Positions 8,898-18,646 of a stretch of 64,000 nucleotides of DNA are shown piece after piece. Each line of letters begins with the position of its first letter. The first letter of the stretch is position 1. Position numbers and translations under genes: made by a program. Source of the stretch: an uncultured bacterium (lineage in GTDB: Bacteria; Oederibacteriota; PGYV01; CAWJRG01); contig CAWJRG010000010.1 in the NCBI GenBank assembly GCA_963845185.1, forward strand, positions 352,001 through 416,000, read 5' to 3'. The notes below the pieces were generated by a model, which worked only from the letters and a program-made list of their open reading frames with translations, searched no databases and was not told where the DNA came from.

Positions 8898-10469
8898 TTA
8901 TTCCTCCTTTATTCCGTAGTGTTTCATTTTTGTTTTCAGCGTATTCAGCGCTATGCCGAGGCCTTTAGCCGCCTTTGACTTGTTCATGGCGTTTAAACGC
9001 AGCGCTTTTTTTATCGCCCATTTTTCCGCGTCTGCTATTGTCGTGACCGTGTTATCGTTAATCAAACCGCCTGATGGCACTGTTTCCTCATCGCCGGCTG
9101 CCATTTCTTTTAAAAGCTTTTTTAAATCCTCTCCTCTTGCCTTGAATATTATGGTGCGCATCAGGAATTTCTGCAACTGCCTTATGTTTCCGGGCCAATC
9201 GTATGTTTTCAGCATTTCAAATTCTTTTTTTGTCAAAATTACCCTCTCATACCCCTGTTCCCTGAACAATCTGTAAAGAATAACGTTTGCGAGCGCTTCC
9301 AGGTCTTCTTTCCTTTCTTTCAGCGACGGTATGTAAAGCTCCACCCCTGATATCCTGTAATAAAGGTCAGCCCTGAACTTGCCTTCTTTTATCATTTCCT
9401 TAATGTTCGTGTTTGTGGCAGCCAGTATCCTGACATTTGCCTTTTTGGCAGTAGTTGAGCCGAGCGGCACAAACTGAAAATCCTCAAGGAACCTCAAAAA
9501 CTTTGCCTGCACTTCCATGGGCATCTCGGTCATCTCGTCCAGGAAAACCGTGCCTCCGTCAGCTTCCTCAACCACTCCTTTTTTGTCCCTATCCGCGCCT
9601 GTAAACGCGCCTTTCGCATGGCCGAAAAGCATGGACTCCATGAGGTTTGCGGGTATTCCGGCGCAGTTAATGGGCATAAAAGGCTTTTCACGCCTTTCGC
9701 TCGCGTCGTGTATCATGCGCGCGGCAATTTCCTTGCCTGTGCCTGTCTCGCCGTATATAAGAACCGGCGCGTCCTTGTACTTGCCGACTCTTTCTATGTT
9801 TTTCCTCAGCACAGATACTGCAGTTCCTGAGCCGCTCAAAAGGTAGTTGTTCATGTCGTAATTTTTCGCCGTCTCTATGTCGGCCGGTGCTACTGTGTTG
9901 TTTGCAAGCTTTAAAATAAGCTCCCTGAGCATGTCGTCCTCGCCCACGTGCCATTTCCAGTACATGTTTATGGAATACTGCGAGTACCCGGCAATGTCGC
10001 ATATCTCCTCGGGCTTTTTGCATGGTTTTTTAAGCTCCTGCGCCTCGAAAAGGTCATAAAGGTCCTTTAACCGGCCGTAATCCGCCTCGGGAGGCTTCTC
10101 AATGTCATGTATGTAATCAATAAGTTTCTTGCCTTCCTTTGCCTCTTCGGACGTGGTGAGCATTTTATAAAAAAACTTTGCATCCGGCCCTTTTATCTCG
10201 AACCTGTCCTCTATGGTATATATCTTTATCTTTTTTTTGGCGTCAAGCATGGCCTCAAGCGCGGCTTTTATCTCCTGCTTGTAGTCATCCTTGAACCTCA
10301 CGCCTATTATGTAAAGCTTTTCATATCCCGTGTCTTTCAGCCCCGTCAGGTCGGCGTGGAAATTATCCGCGGATGTGAACAAAATATCCGCTTCCTTTAC
10401 CGCTTTCAGCAGCAGCGCCGTTGCCGTGTAATATGTGTCCTTGTGCGCTGTAAGTATTGCTGTCTTCAA
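8898..10469 (-). CDS. sigma54-dependent enhancer-binding activator (AAA+, Fis-type HTH) with uncharacterised N-terminal domain
   Basis: GETGTGKE, INCA, intact GAFTGA, FLDEM, FRADLYYR, WPGNIRQL, C-terminal KSKAAKGLGI HTH; TTG start with AGGAGG RBS. Confidence 0.93.
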   Translation of the reverse strand: MKTAILTAHKDTYYTATALLLKAVKEADILFTSADNFHADLTGLKDTGYEKLYIIGVRFKDDYKQEIKAALEAMLDAKKKIKIYTIEDRFEIKGPDAKFFYKMLTTSEEAKEGKKLIDYIHDIEKPPEADYGRLKDLYDLFEAQELKKPCKKPEEICDIAGYSQYSINMYWKWHVGEDDMLRELILKLANNTVAPADIETAKNYDMNNYLLSGSGTAVSVLRKNIERVGKYKDAPVLIYGETGTGKEIAARMIHDASERREKPFMPINCAGIPANLMESMLFGHAKGAFTGADRDKKGVVEEADGGTVFLDEMTEMPMEVQAKFLRFLEDFQFVPLGSTTAKKANVRILAATNTNIKEMIKEGKFRADLYYRISGVELYIPSLKERKEDLEALANVILYRLFREQGYERVILTKKEFEMLKTYDWPGNIRQLQKFLMRTIIFKARGEDLKKLLKEMAAGDEETVPSGGLINDNTVTTIADAEKWAIKKALRLNAMNKSKAAKGLGIALNTLKTKMKHYGIKEE

Positions 10470-10506
10470 ACCTTAGCCTCCTTTGGCCTGTCCGGCTTAT
10501 ATACAG

Positions 10507-10522
10507 AGCAACTACTATGCCG
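10507..10522 (-). promoter_or_regulatory. sigma54 (-24/-12) promoter upstream of the bEBP gene
   Basis: Minus strand CGGCATAGTAGTTGCT = GG-N10-GC, followed by CTGTAT (CTATAT at the 4637 copy). Confidence 0.7.
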
Positions 10523-10550
10523 GATAGGTTATTGAAATTATCTGGATATA

Positions 10551-10579
10551 ATTATACCAGAAGAATGCACAATTGTCAA
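10551..10579 (-). promoter_or_regulatory. sigma70 consensus promoter for the bEBP operon
   Basis: TTGACA-17 nt-TATAAT on the minus strand. Confidence 0.75.
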
Positions 10580-10605
10580 ATTTTGATGATTTGTCAGAAA
10601 TTGAT
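10575..10605. promoter_or_regulatory. Two tandem putative bEBP binding sites
   Basis: GTCA-AATTT-TGAT (10575-10587) and GTCA-GAAAT-TGAT (10593-10605); the first overlaps the sigma70 -35. Confidence 0.6.
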
Positions 10606-10638
10606 ATAGAATGTTTACCTATGGATTTTCGTCGGGCA

Positions 10639-10808
10639 GGAGTGAGGCCCCACGGCTTCACAGCCGTGGCACCTTAAGACATCACGGCGCGACTGCGTCT
10701 CGCCGTGTTTATCTTACAATCAACACTTTTTACAAGTTATATAATATGCTTCCTCCCCGGAGCGCTATCCATCCCGCCTCCACCCCGGGAATTTTCGCGG
10801 AGCGGGAT
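10639..10808. mobile_element. Non-autonomous IS200/IS605-like end remnant
   Basis: Hairpin CCACGGC-ttcaca-GCCGTGG and a gcgctatccatccc...ttcgcg end; ataatatgcttc..ccccggagcgctatc recurs at 15488-15557; no transposase. Confidence 0.45.
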
Positions 10809-11572
10809 TAAATTTGCAGTTCCAGCCCGTCGTATGCCAGATGTATGTTGTCCGGCAGCTGTTTTTCAACCACATTATGCTCCATAATATGGGTTATATG
10901 CGTGAAATATGTCATGCCTGCCTTGATTTTCCCGGCCATTTCAACTGCCTGCTCAAGGTTAAAATGGGTCGGGTGCGGCTCGAATCTTAATGCGTTTAAC
11001 ACAAGCACTTTCAGCCCTTTCAAAAAATCAAAGGTCCTTGCGGGTATAAAAGAAGCGTCGGTTATATAGGCGAAATCATTTATCCTGTACCCCATTACGT
11101 CCAGCTCGCCGTGCTTGACCAGGACAGGCATTACGTCCAGGTCTTTTACGCTGAAATCTTCATAGGGCCCGATTTCCTCCAGTTTTAGCTTCGGTTTGCC
11201 GCCGCCTTCCTGTGTCTTTTCAAATATATAAAAAAACCTTTTTTTTATTTCCCCCAGCGTTTCCGCGTTGCTGTAAACCGGAATAAAATCCATTTGTATC
11301 TCATTGTAACGCCTTATGTCGTCGAGGCCCGCTATATGGTCCGCGTGCGCATGCGTAAAAAGCACTGCGTCCAGCCTTGCAATGTTGTATTCTATGGCCC
11401 GCAGCCTGAATTCAGCCGGCATGTCAATAACCAGCGGCGTATTTTTTTCCTCGATAAAAACCGATGTCCTGTACCTTGTATTTTTCGGGTCAGTTGAAGT
11501 GCATGTTTTGCATTTGCATCCGAGCACAGGCACGCCGTGCGAAGTGCCGGTGCCCAGGAATTTTACCCGCAT
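10808..11572 (-). CDS. MBL-fold metallo-hydrolase (PhnP-like phosphodiesterase)
   Basis: FLGTGTSHGVP, C-x-C-x2-C, THAHADH, AYITD, HPTH and THITH motifs. Confidence 0.9.
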   Translation of the reverse strand: MRVKFLGTGTSHGVPVLGCKCKTCTSTDPKNTRYRTSVFIEEKNTPLVIDMPAEFRLRAIEYNIARLDAVLFTHAHADHIAGLDDIRRYNEIQMDFIPVYSNAETLGEIKKRFFYIFEKTQEGGGKPKLKLEEIGPYEDFSVKDLDVMPVLVKHGELDVMGYRINDFAYITDASFIPARTFDFLKGLKVLVLNALRFEPHPTHFNLEQAVEMAGKIKAGMTYFTHITHIMEHNVVEKQLPDNIHLAYDGLELQI

Positions 11573-11573
11573 T

Positions 11574-12396
11574 TTAAGCCCTGAAAAAATATACTATTAA
11601 AAAGATTCCGAATACTGCCCTGTAAACCGCAAAAGCAAAATAGGAATGTTTTTTAACAAAACCCAGGAGGAATTTAACCGCCCAGTAGCCCGAAATTGCT
11701 GCCGCCAGAAAGCCCAAAGCCATCAAGGATTTTCCTTCATGGCCCGGCGTATGCAGTATATGCTTGAACTTGAATAAAAAAGCTCCGGCAATTACAGGTA
11801 TTGACAGCAAAAACGAAAACTCAGCCGCATCCTCCCTTTTAAATCCAAAAAAAAGGCCGGTCATTATTGTTATCCCCGAGCGCGACACTCCCGGAATCAG
11901 TGCGAGGGACCTGGGCGCAGCCGATAATAATGGAATCAAGTATTTTCATTCCGCCGATTTCTTTTTGTTTTTTCCCTGCCCTGTCGGCAAGATAAAGTAT
12001 TATGCCGAATATCAAAAGCACAGCTCCAATGACCGCCGGGTGTTCGCGTACTTTGTCTTCTACCCTGTCGCCTGCCAGCACTCCTGCCAGCCCGGCAGGA
12101 ACAGCAGCGATTAATACATAAACCGCAATCCAAAAATCCCCGGCTTCCCTTGTCTTCGCGCTTACAAGGCCTGTAAAAAATGCCCTGCAGAGCGATATTA
12201 TCTTTTCCCGGAAAAAAATCACAAGCGCCAGAAGTGTCCCGCCGTGAAGCGCCACGTCAAAAGTCAGGGAATTCAAGAGCGGCGAGTTCATCTTGAAAAT
12301 TGCCGGGATGACGTCAAGATGCGCGGATGAGCTCACCGGAAGGAATTCGGTCAGTCCCTGGACAATTCCCAGTATTAACGACCATATGTAATCCAC
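11574..12396 (-). pseudogene. uppP: Undecaprenyl-diphosphate phosphatase, split by a +1 frameshift near 11908
   Basis: N-half has GLTEFLPVSSSAH; C-half in another frame has LALIPGVSRSG and AAEFSFLL; one extra base in GCCCAGGTCCCTCGCA. Confidence 0.85.
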
Positions 12397-12541
12397 GTTT
12401 TACCTCCCATTTAAAGTTTAGAGCTTAAAGTTGAAAGTTGGAAAAGATAAAAGCTGCTGTTTTTATTTTTAACATTAAACTTCAACAAACTGTATTTTCT
12501 GTTTCCAACATGACACCAAACATTAAACTTTAAACCGTTTT

Positions 12542-15436
12542 TTAAAATGCCGTATTGATTGAAAAATAAAAATTATAATTGTTGGATGTGATATCCGTTC
12601 TCTTTGCCACCTCGAATGTCAGTGGTATAAACTCCCTTTGGAGCAGGAACGTGTCGAAAATCAAGCTTATGCCCACGCCGTTTTTTACGTCTTCAGGCGC
12701 GACATAGTCAACCATACCCTGCTCCACTATCCCGGCGTCGTCAAAAAACGCTATTTTTATATTTTTTATCATGTACGCCGTCAGCGGCCACAGCACAAAA
12801 TCAATGCTTTTTGCGACGGTAAATCTCAGCTCGCTGTTAAAAACCGCGTATTTGTCGCCGTAAAACTGGCCGTAATCCAGGCCCCTTACTGTCCCTTCAC
12901 CGCCGAAAAAGAAAAGCGGCTTGTCAGGGCCGTCAGTCAAGGCGCCTGCGAGCCGCAGGCCAAGGCTCAAATTATTATTTGTAATAAAAGACAGGTCAAA
13001 GTATTTCCTTAAGTCAATATCGTAAAGGTTGTAGGTCTGCTGCCCACCGAATATTTTTTCCGCGCTTTCAACATAGGCCATTACAGCTTCGCCGGAATAA
13101 GGCCAGAAATCCCTCCATGCGCTGTAATCATAGGCAAACAGCGCCGAAATTACATTTAACGGGCCCGAGAAATTCGTGCCGAAAAAATAACTGCTCTCGA
13201 TATCGTAGTTGTTGTATATGTCTGTCACTATTTTCTCCGAAAGGCTTACCTTAAGGCTTGTGTACAGGTTAAAGGGGTATTGCATGGATACGGTGCCGCC
13301 TTCCTGCGTCTGGTTGAGTTCGCTGAAGAAAACACCGCGCAAAGGGTCGTAAAGCTCATAGACATTCTGGTCATAAAATAAATCGAGCCCCAGGTCAAAA
13401 GGCAGGCTCAGGTAATAATAAGTCAGGTCAAACTGGGAAAAATATCCCGGTATAAAATCCGCGGTAAGCTGGATATCGTGGTTGCCCAGCATGTCGGAAG
13501 TGAAGACATAGCCTGTCCCCACCGGCCCCGCGTCCGAAGAAAACCCGAAAATCGCGAATATCAGGTCTATGCTAAACGCCGTGTCATACTTGCTGTCTTT
13601 CGTTATTATGTTTTCCGCCTGTTTTTCAATCTGGTTTTTCATATCACCGTCGTCGCCCGTAAAGCTGGCGCTGATTTCAGTCTGCGGCGCCTGGGCCGCC
13701 GTATTTGAAAGCGCGTTCGGCTTTGCCTTCTCTTCGCTGGGCGGTATGTATGTAAGCGGTATTTCCGCGAATGCCCTTTCCCTGTCAATAAGGTATTTAT
13801 ATATGTTGTAGCAGCCGTCCTCATAATAGCTGTACGCTATGTAATTTCCCACGGGGCACACGTTAAAAATCCCGTTTGTAATGTTTGTGAGCTGCTGCTC
13901 TTCGCCTGTCTTAACATCCATTTTATAAAGGTTGAATATTCCGTTTTTATCCGAGGTGAAAGCTATCTCTTCATCGCTTATAAAAGCAGGGCACTTATAA
14001 TCGTATTTTGCCGGTTTTGTAATGAATTTTTTTACGCCCGACTTCAGGTCAATCGTTGCCAGCCTGAAAAAATCGTCCCTTTCCTCCGTGAAAAGCAGCG
14101 AGCCTCCGTCTTTTGACCAGCTGACGTAATCGTTGGCGAATAAATTGTCAGTTATGTTTGTTACTTTCTTTTTTTCAATGTCGTAAACATATACGTCTGA
14201 AAACCCGTTTTTAACCCCTATGAAAGCCAGGAACTTGTTGTCCGGCGATATTGCCGGAGAGAAAACATAAGGGATATCCGGGGTTTCCAGCTTGTCTATT
14301 TTGCCGCTTTCAATGTCGCCCCTGCACAGGTAAGTCCTGCCCCTGTCCACTGCTGAAAAATATAAAGTCCTGTTGTCGCTGCCCCATGAAATCGGGCAGC
14401 CGGAAGAGTCAACGCCCTCCAGCACATACCTGAATGCTTTTCTTACGTCCTGCCCGTCTTTGCGCATCAGGAAAATTTCAGAATGCCCGTCCTTTGTCGA
14501 CACAAAAGCTATTGTCTCGCCGTTTGGCGAAAAAGCAGGCCCCTGGTTATATACGATATTCTGGCGGTTGTTGTTTGTGAGTTTCGGCCCGTATTTGTCC
14601 GGCGTGTCCCTGCCCTGTATCTGCGCCCAGTATTTCTTTTTCATGTAAAACTGCCATTCCTTCTGGAAATCCGGGTATTCTTTTTTAAGGACTTTCTTGA
14701 TTACTGCCTCTATGCTGTTTTCATCCTTGAAAAAATTAATGATTTTGGCTATTTTGTCCTTGCCGTAAAATTTGTCTATGTACATGAAAATACTCTGCGA
14801 TTCCTTGTACGCGAGGTACGGTTCCTCCAGGTGGTCAAAGCCGTCCAGCTTGTCAAGCGTGATGAGCTTCTCGCTTGTCACGGCTTCGCGCAGCATCATG
14901 TCGCCGATAGTGCCGTAGTCGTCGGCGTCGTATTCTGCCATGCCTTCCATTACCCACAGCGGCACTGCGATTGTTTTATAAACCATGTTGTACGAGCGCA
15001 TGCCCTCGCCGAACAGGATGTCATATTGAATGGCGTGCGTTATTTCGTGGAAAATCACCTGCTTTAAGCTGAGGAGCGACCCCCCCCCCGGAATCACCAC
15101 CCTGTTTTTATAAGGCTCAGTAAAACCGCCCACGTTCCCGCCGAGATAGCTGAGCGTGATGTTTGTTGTGCCGAAATCCTGGCTGTCTTCGTATATAAAA
15201 AGAGGTATCCTGGCTTTTGGATGGTATTTTAGTGTTTGAGAGTCGTTTTCCAGCCCCTGCTCCGCGTATATGGCCGCCATTTTTGCAAGGAAATCCTCGC
15301 CCCTGTAATAATATATGTCAAAATGTTCGGTTTCATATATGCGCCAGTCCATGTCTTTCCAGCGTATTTTATTCTGGGGAAAGCCTTTTGCTGTGATAAA
15401 TAATATGATAAATAGGAGAATTATTGTTTTTTTCAT
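12542..15436 (-). CDS. Secreted protein: HExxH peptidase-like domain + PD40/TolB propeller + Omp85/BamA-like barrel
   Basis: Signal peptide, FHEITH...EGMAEY, PAFSPNG/WSKDG repeats, GGEGTVRG (VRG motif), C-terminal Phe. Confidence 0.8.
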   Translation of the reverse strand: MKKTIILLFIILFITAKGFPQNKIRWKDMDWRIYETEHFDIYYYRGEDFLAKMAAIYAEQGLENDSQTLKYHPKARIPLFIYEDSQDFGTTNITLSYLGGNVGGFTEPYKNRVVIPGGGSLLSLKQVIFHEITHAIQYDILFGEGMRSYNMVYKTIAVPLWVMEGMAEYDADDYGTIGDMMLREAVTSEKLITLDKLDGFDHLEEPYLAYKESQSIFMYIDKFYGKDKIAKIINFFKDENSIEAVIKKVLKKEYPDFQKEWQFYMKKKYWAQIQGRDTPDKYGPKLTNNNRQNIVYNQGPAFSPNGETIAFVSTKDGHSEIFLMRKDGQDVRKAFRYVLEGVDSSGCPISWGSDNRTLYFSAVDRGRTYLCRGDIESGKIDKLETPDIPYVFSPAISPDNKFLAFIGVKNGFSDVYVYDIEKKKVTNITDNLFANDYVSWSKDGGSLLFTEERDDFFRLATIDLKSGVKKFITKPAKYDYKCPAFISDEEIAFTSDKNGIFNLYKMDVKTGEEQQLTNITNGIFNVCPVGNYIAYSYYEDGCYNIYKYLIDRERAFAEIPLTYIPPSEEKAKPNALSNTAAQAPQTEISASFTGDDGDMKNQIEKQAENIITKDSKYDTAFSIDLIFAIFGFSSDAGPVGTGYVFTSDMLGNHDIQLTADFIPGYFSQFDLTYYYLSLPFDLGLDLFYDQNVYELYDPLRGVFFSELNQTQEGGTVSMQYPFNLYTSLKVSLSEKIVTDIYNNYDIESSYFFGTNFSGPLNVISALFAYDYSAWRDFWPYSGEAVMAYVESAEKIFGGQQTYNLYDIDLRKYFDLSFITNNNLSLGLRLAGALTDGPDKPLFFFGGEGTVRGLDYGQFYGDKYAVFNSELRFTVAKSIDFVLWPLTAYMIKNIKIAFFDDAGIVEQGMVDYVAPEDVKNGVGISLIFDTFLLQREFIPLTFEVAKRTDITSNNYNFYFSINTAF

Positions 15437-15487
15437 TTTTCCTTCGCTTTACTCTTGTAACTGCGGAGCAACCTTTAAAAATTTTTA

Positions 15488-15557
15488 TAATATGCTTCGT
15501 CCCCGGAGCGCTATCATACCCGCCTCTACGAAAGCGGGGTTCTTCGCGTAGTGGGAT
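15488..15557. mobile_element. IS200/IS605-like end remnant (second copy)
   Basis: Similar to 10741-10808, with hairpin cccgc..gcggg. Confidence 0.4.
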
Positions 15558-15665
15558 AAATATGCTTTAAATAAGATAAAGCAATTATATCATAATATAA
15601 GGATTTTGCAAATATACTTTGGCGCGGAAAGTAAACACATAATAGAAATTATTTGATATTTTATC

Positions 15666-15694
15666 GTAGAGACGACCCGCCGGGTCGTCTGTAC
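15666..15694. repeat. GTAGAGAC-type REP palindrome
   Basis: gtagagacgacccgccgggtcgtctgtac. Confidence 0.75.
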
Positions 15695-15717
15695 ATTAAC
15701 AGTGTTTTAAAACCGAA

Positions 15718-17073
15718 TTATATTTTCTTTAGTTTCCAGTCGCCTTTCTTGTAAAAAATCCACTGCACAATCCCCTGGAAAAAAGGCACCGACGCTATTG
15801 CTATAAATATGCCGGTTTCATGTATAGACGGAATCCTTGTCAGGATAAAAGCAAGCGGCACCTGCACCGCGTAAATCGCGATCAGGTTTATTACCATGGG
15901 CGTTTTTGTCGAGCCTGACCCGTTAAAGGCTGCGTTTGTTATTATTGCCACGCCCATTAGGAGGTAAACAGGCGGCATTATTTTCAGGTATCGTGACCCG
16001 TACTCTATAACCGAGTAGTCGCCCGTGAATATCCTCATGACAAACGGCGAAAATATAAAATAAATCATAAAACAGGTAAAAGTGAAAATCGAATAAAACT
16101 TCAGCGCTGTCATCGTGCTTTTTTCCGCCCTTTCAGGCTGGTTCGCGCCCAGGTTATGGCCGACCATGACAGCGGTCGAAGAGCCTATTGCCCATCCGAG
16201 CATCATGACAAAGACATCCAGCCTGCCGCATATGCCCATTGTGGCAATAAAGTTGTCGCCGTAGCCGGAATATAACTTAAGAAGGATCATTGCTGCAAAG
16301 TTCGGCAAAATACCCTGCGCTGCTGCCGGCGCTGATATTGCAAGGTAGTTCTTAAGGAAGCCAAAGTCAATTTTTAAATTTTTCGGGTCTATCCTCAAGA
16401 CGCCTTCGTCGTTTGTCAGGATGTAAATCATGATTGCCGTAGTTACAAAATATGCCCCGAGCCTCGCGAATGCCACTCCCTTTATGCCGAACTGCGGCAG
16501 GTTCAAAAACCCGAAAATAAGTATTGGTTCGAGTATGGTGTTAAGTATTATCGCGGCGCCTACCAGGTAAAAATGTTTCCTGATGCTGCCGGTTCCGCGC
16601 AAAATCGCGAAAAAAACAAAAAGCCCGCTGTCGTTTATCAGGCTCACAAGCCCCCATCCGAAGTATTGCATTCCCAGGTCAAATGTAGCGCCCTTTGCGC
16701 CGAAATATCTTAAGATTGCTTCCCTGAAAAAAAACAGTGACCCGCTGAAAAGTATGCCCATAAGATAGCCGGTAAATATCATGTTTATTATGGTTGTGCG
16801 CAGGCGGCCGTAGTCTTTCCTGCCGCAAAGCCTGGATGTTATGGCAGTGCTGCCTGCCTGGAGCCCGCCGCTCATCGCCCAGAAAATTCCGAACACCGAG
16901 CCTATTATGGATATTGCGGACTGCGCCTTTACGTTTATCCTGCCGATTAAAAACATGTCGAATATGGATAAAAAATTCTGCAGGAGGTTTGTTATCAAAA
17001 GCGGCAGGGATAAATATATAAGGTGTGAAAGTATGTTTCCCTTTTCAAGCTCCCTTATCTTTATTTCAGCCAT
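15718..17073 (-). CDS. MATE family efflux transporter
   Basis: About 12 hydrophobic segments; ILRGTG, GHNLGA and FNGSGSTKTPM motifs. Confidence 0.9.
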   Translation of the reverse strand: MAEIKIRELEKGNILSHLIYLSLPLLITNLLQNFLSIFDMFLIGRINVKAQSAISIIGSVFGIFWAMSGGLQAGSTAITSRLCGRKDYGRLRTTIINMIFTGYLMGILFSGSLFFFREAILRYFGAKGATFDLGMQYFGWGLVSLINDSGLFVFFAILRGTGSIRKHFYLVGAAIILNTILEPILIFGFLNLPQFGIKGVAFARLGAYFVTTAIMIYILTNDEGVLRIDPKNLKIDFGFLKNYLAISAPAAAQGILPNFAAMILLKLYSGYGDNFIATMGICGRLDVFVMMLGWAIGSSTAVMVGHNLGANQPERAEKSTMTALKFYSIFTFTCFMIYFIFSPFVMRIFTGDYSVIEYGSRYLKIMPPVYLLMGVAIITNAAFNGSGSTKTPMVINLIAIYAVQVPLAFILTRIPSIHETGIFIAIASVPFFQGIVQWIFYKKGDWKLKKI

Positions 17074-18399
17074 TTATATTTCCTTGTTCATCCATTTTTT
17101 GGTCAGGTAAAAATACAGGTTTATTATACCGTAAAAAACTATCGACAGCGACATTGCCCAGTACACCCCGGCCTCGCGGACGGCGGTAAAAAGCGCGAAA
17201 ACAGCTATAAGCCCGAACCTTACCACTATAAACGAAAGTATGTTCAAAACCGTCGGCATGCCTATGGAACCGGCTCCTGTGAAAGATGACTGCATTGTCA
17301 TGCCCAGCGCCAGGAAAACAAGCGAAGGCGCCATTATTACCAGGTAGTCAATGCCGTAATGTATCGTGGCCGTGTCTGCCGTAAAAAACGGTATTATATT
17401 CTTCGCGAAAATGAAAAAAGCAATTGCAGTCGGTATTGCCACCCACGAGAATATTTTAAAGCTCTCCATTACCGTTGTCATTGCCCTGTCGTTTTTCCTG
17501 CCGCCCAGGTTTTGCCCCACTATGACCCCGCCTGAATTGCTTATCGGCCATCCAAACTGCATCAGGAAATTCACAAGCCTTGAAACTATTCCGAATGCAG
17601 CTATAAACGGGTTGCCGTACATTGAGATTACTTTCAGCATTGCCATGTTCCCTATGTCGCCCGTGAAATTCTGCACCATTGATTTTGTAGTGAGCTCGGC
17701 GTAAGTCTTAAAAAGCGGAGTGTTCCATTTGAACCCGTCGAGTTTTATGCCGTTTATCCCTTTCCTGAATACATAAATATAGCAGATTGCCCCGCCCGCG
17801 TATGATGCCACGCCCGATATGGCCGCGCCTCTTATGCCCATCTTTAAAAATACTATAAGCACCAGGTCGAGCGCGACGTTTAAAAACATCAGCACCCCTA
17901 CTATTTTCAGCGGTGTCATTGAGTCGCCCGCGCCCCTTGCCGTGCCCAGCATCACCGAGTAAAAAGTCATGAAAAGGCAGGTTAAAAGCATTATGTTCAT
18001 ATATCCGCGTGCCAGCGTATAAACTTCCGCTTTTGCGCCGAAAAATACGAGGGTCGGCCCCAGCAGCGCGTAGGATATGATTCCAAATGCCACGAACAGG
18101 ATCATGCCGAATGCCAGCATGCCCGGCAGGGCCTCGCTTATTGTTTTCTGCTCCCTGGCCCCGCATTTCCTTGACACAAGAGCCAGGGCGCCGTTGATAA
18201 GCGCGCCGTGCACCGACGACCAGAGGGCCAGAATGGAAGACAGGGCTATCGAGTACGCGGCCAGCGCTTCGAGGCTTATTTTTCCAACAAGAAAAAGCTC
18301 GAATGCTGCCGCAATATTCAGCAGTAAATTGCCTATTACCATGGGGTATGATAATTTTATTATATGTGTCTTTAAGTCTCCGGTGTGAAACTCGCTCAC
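17074..18399 (-). CDS. MATE family efflux transporter
   Basis: RGAGDSMTPL, GIRGAAI and GQNLGG motifs. Confidence 0.9.
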   Translation of the reverse strand: MSEFHTGDLKTHIIKLSYPMVIGNLLLNIAAAFELFLVGKISLEALAAYSIALSSILALWSSVHGALINGALALVSRKCGAREQKTISEALPGMLAFGMILFVAFGIISYALLGPTLVFFGAKAEVYTLARGYMNIMLLTCLFMTFYSVMLGTARGAGDSMTPLKIVGVLMFLNVALDLVLIVFLKMGIRGAAISGVASYAGGAICYIYVFRKGINGIKLDGFKWNTPLFKTYAELTTKSMVQNFTGDIGNMAMLKVISMYGNPFIAAFGIVSRLVNFLMQFGWPISNSGGVIVGQNLGGRKNDRAMTTVMESFKIFSWVAIPTAIAFFIFAKNIIPFFTADTATIHYGIDYLVIMAPSLVFLALGMTMQSSFTGAGSIGMPTVLNILSFIVVRFGLIAVFALFTAVREAGVYWAMSLSIVFYGIINLYFYLTKKWMNKEI

Positions 18400-18413
18400 T
18401 TCAGCCTCTTTTT

Positions 18414-18608
18414 TTACTTATTACATCTTATGAAATTGCTTATGCTCCTGTCGTAACTGCTTTCAACGCTGTCTGAAAAATAACACGCGGGCAGCTCATT
18501 TGAAACCCTGTGGTACTGTATGCACTCGCAGCATTTGCCTTTTCTCGGGCATGGCTCGTATGTGCAGTTGCAAATGGAAAGATTCTTTTTCAGGTTATCG
18601 CATGCCAT
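18414..18608 (-). CDS. Small Cys-rich protein (DUF6485-like)
   Basis: [19 protein letters not shown]...ELPACYF; RBS present. Confidence 0.75.
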   Translation of the reverse strand: MACDNLKKNLSICNCTYEPCPRKGKCCECIQYHRVSNELPACYFSDSVESSYDRSISNFIRCNK

Positions 18609-18646
18609 AGTTTTGCTCCTTGATATAAAAGTTCTAGATTTTTAAA

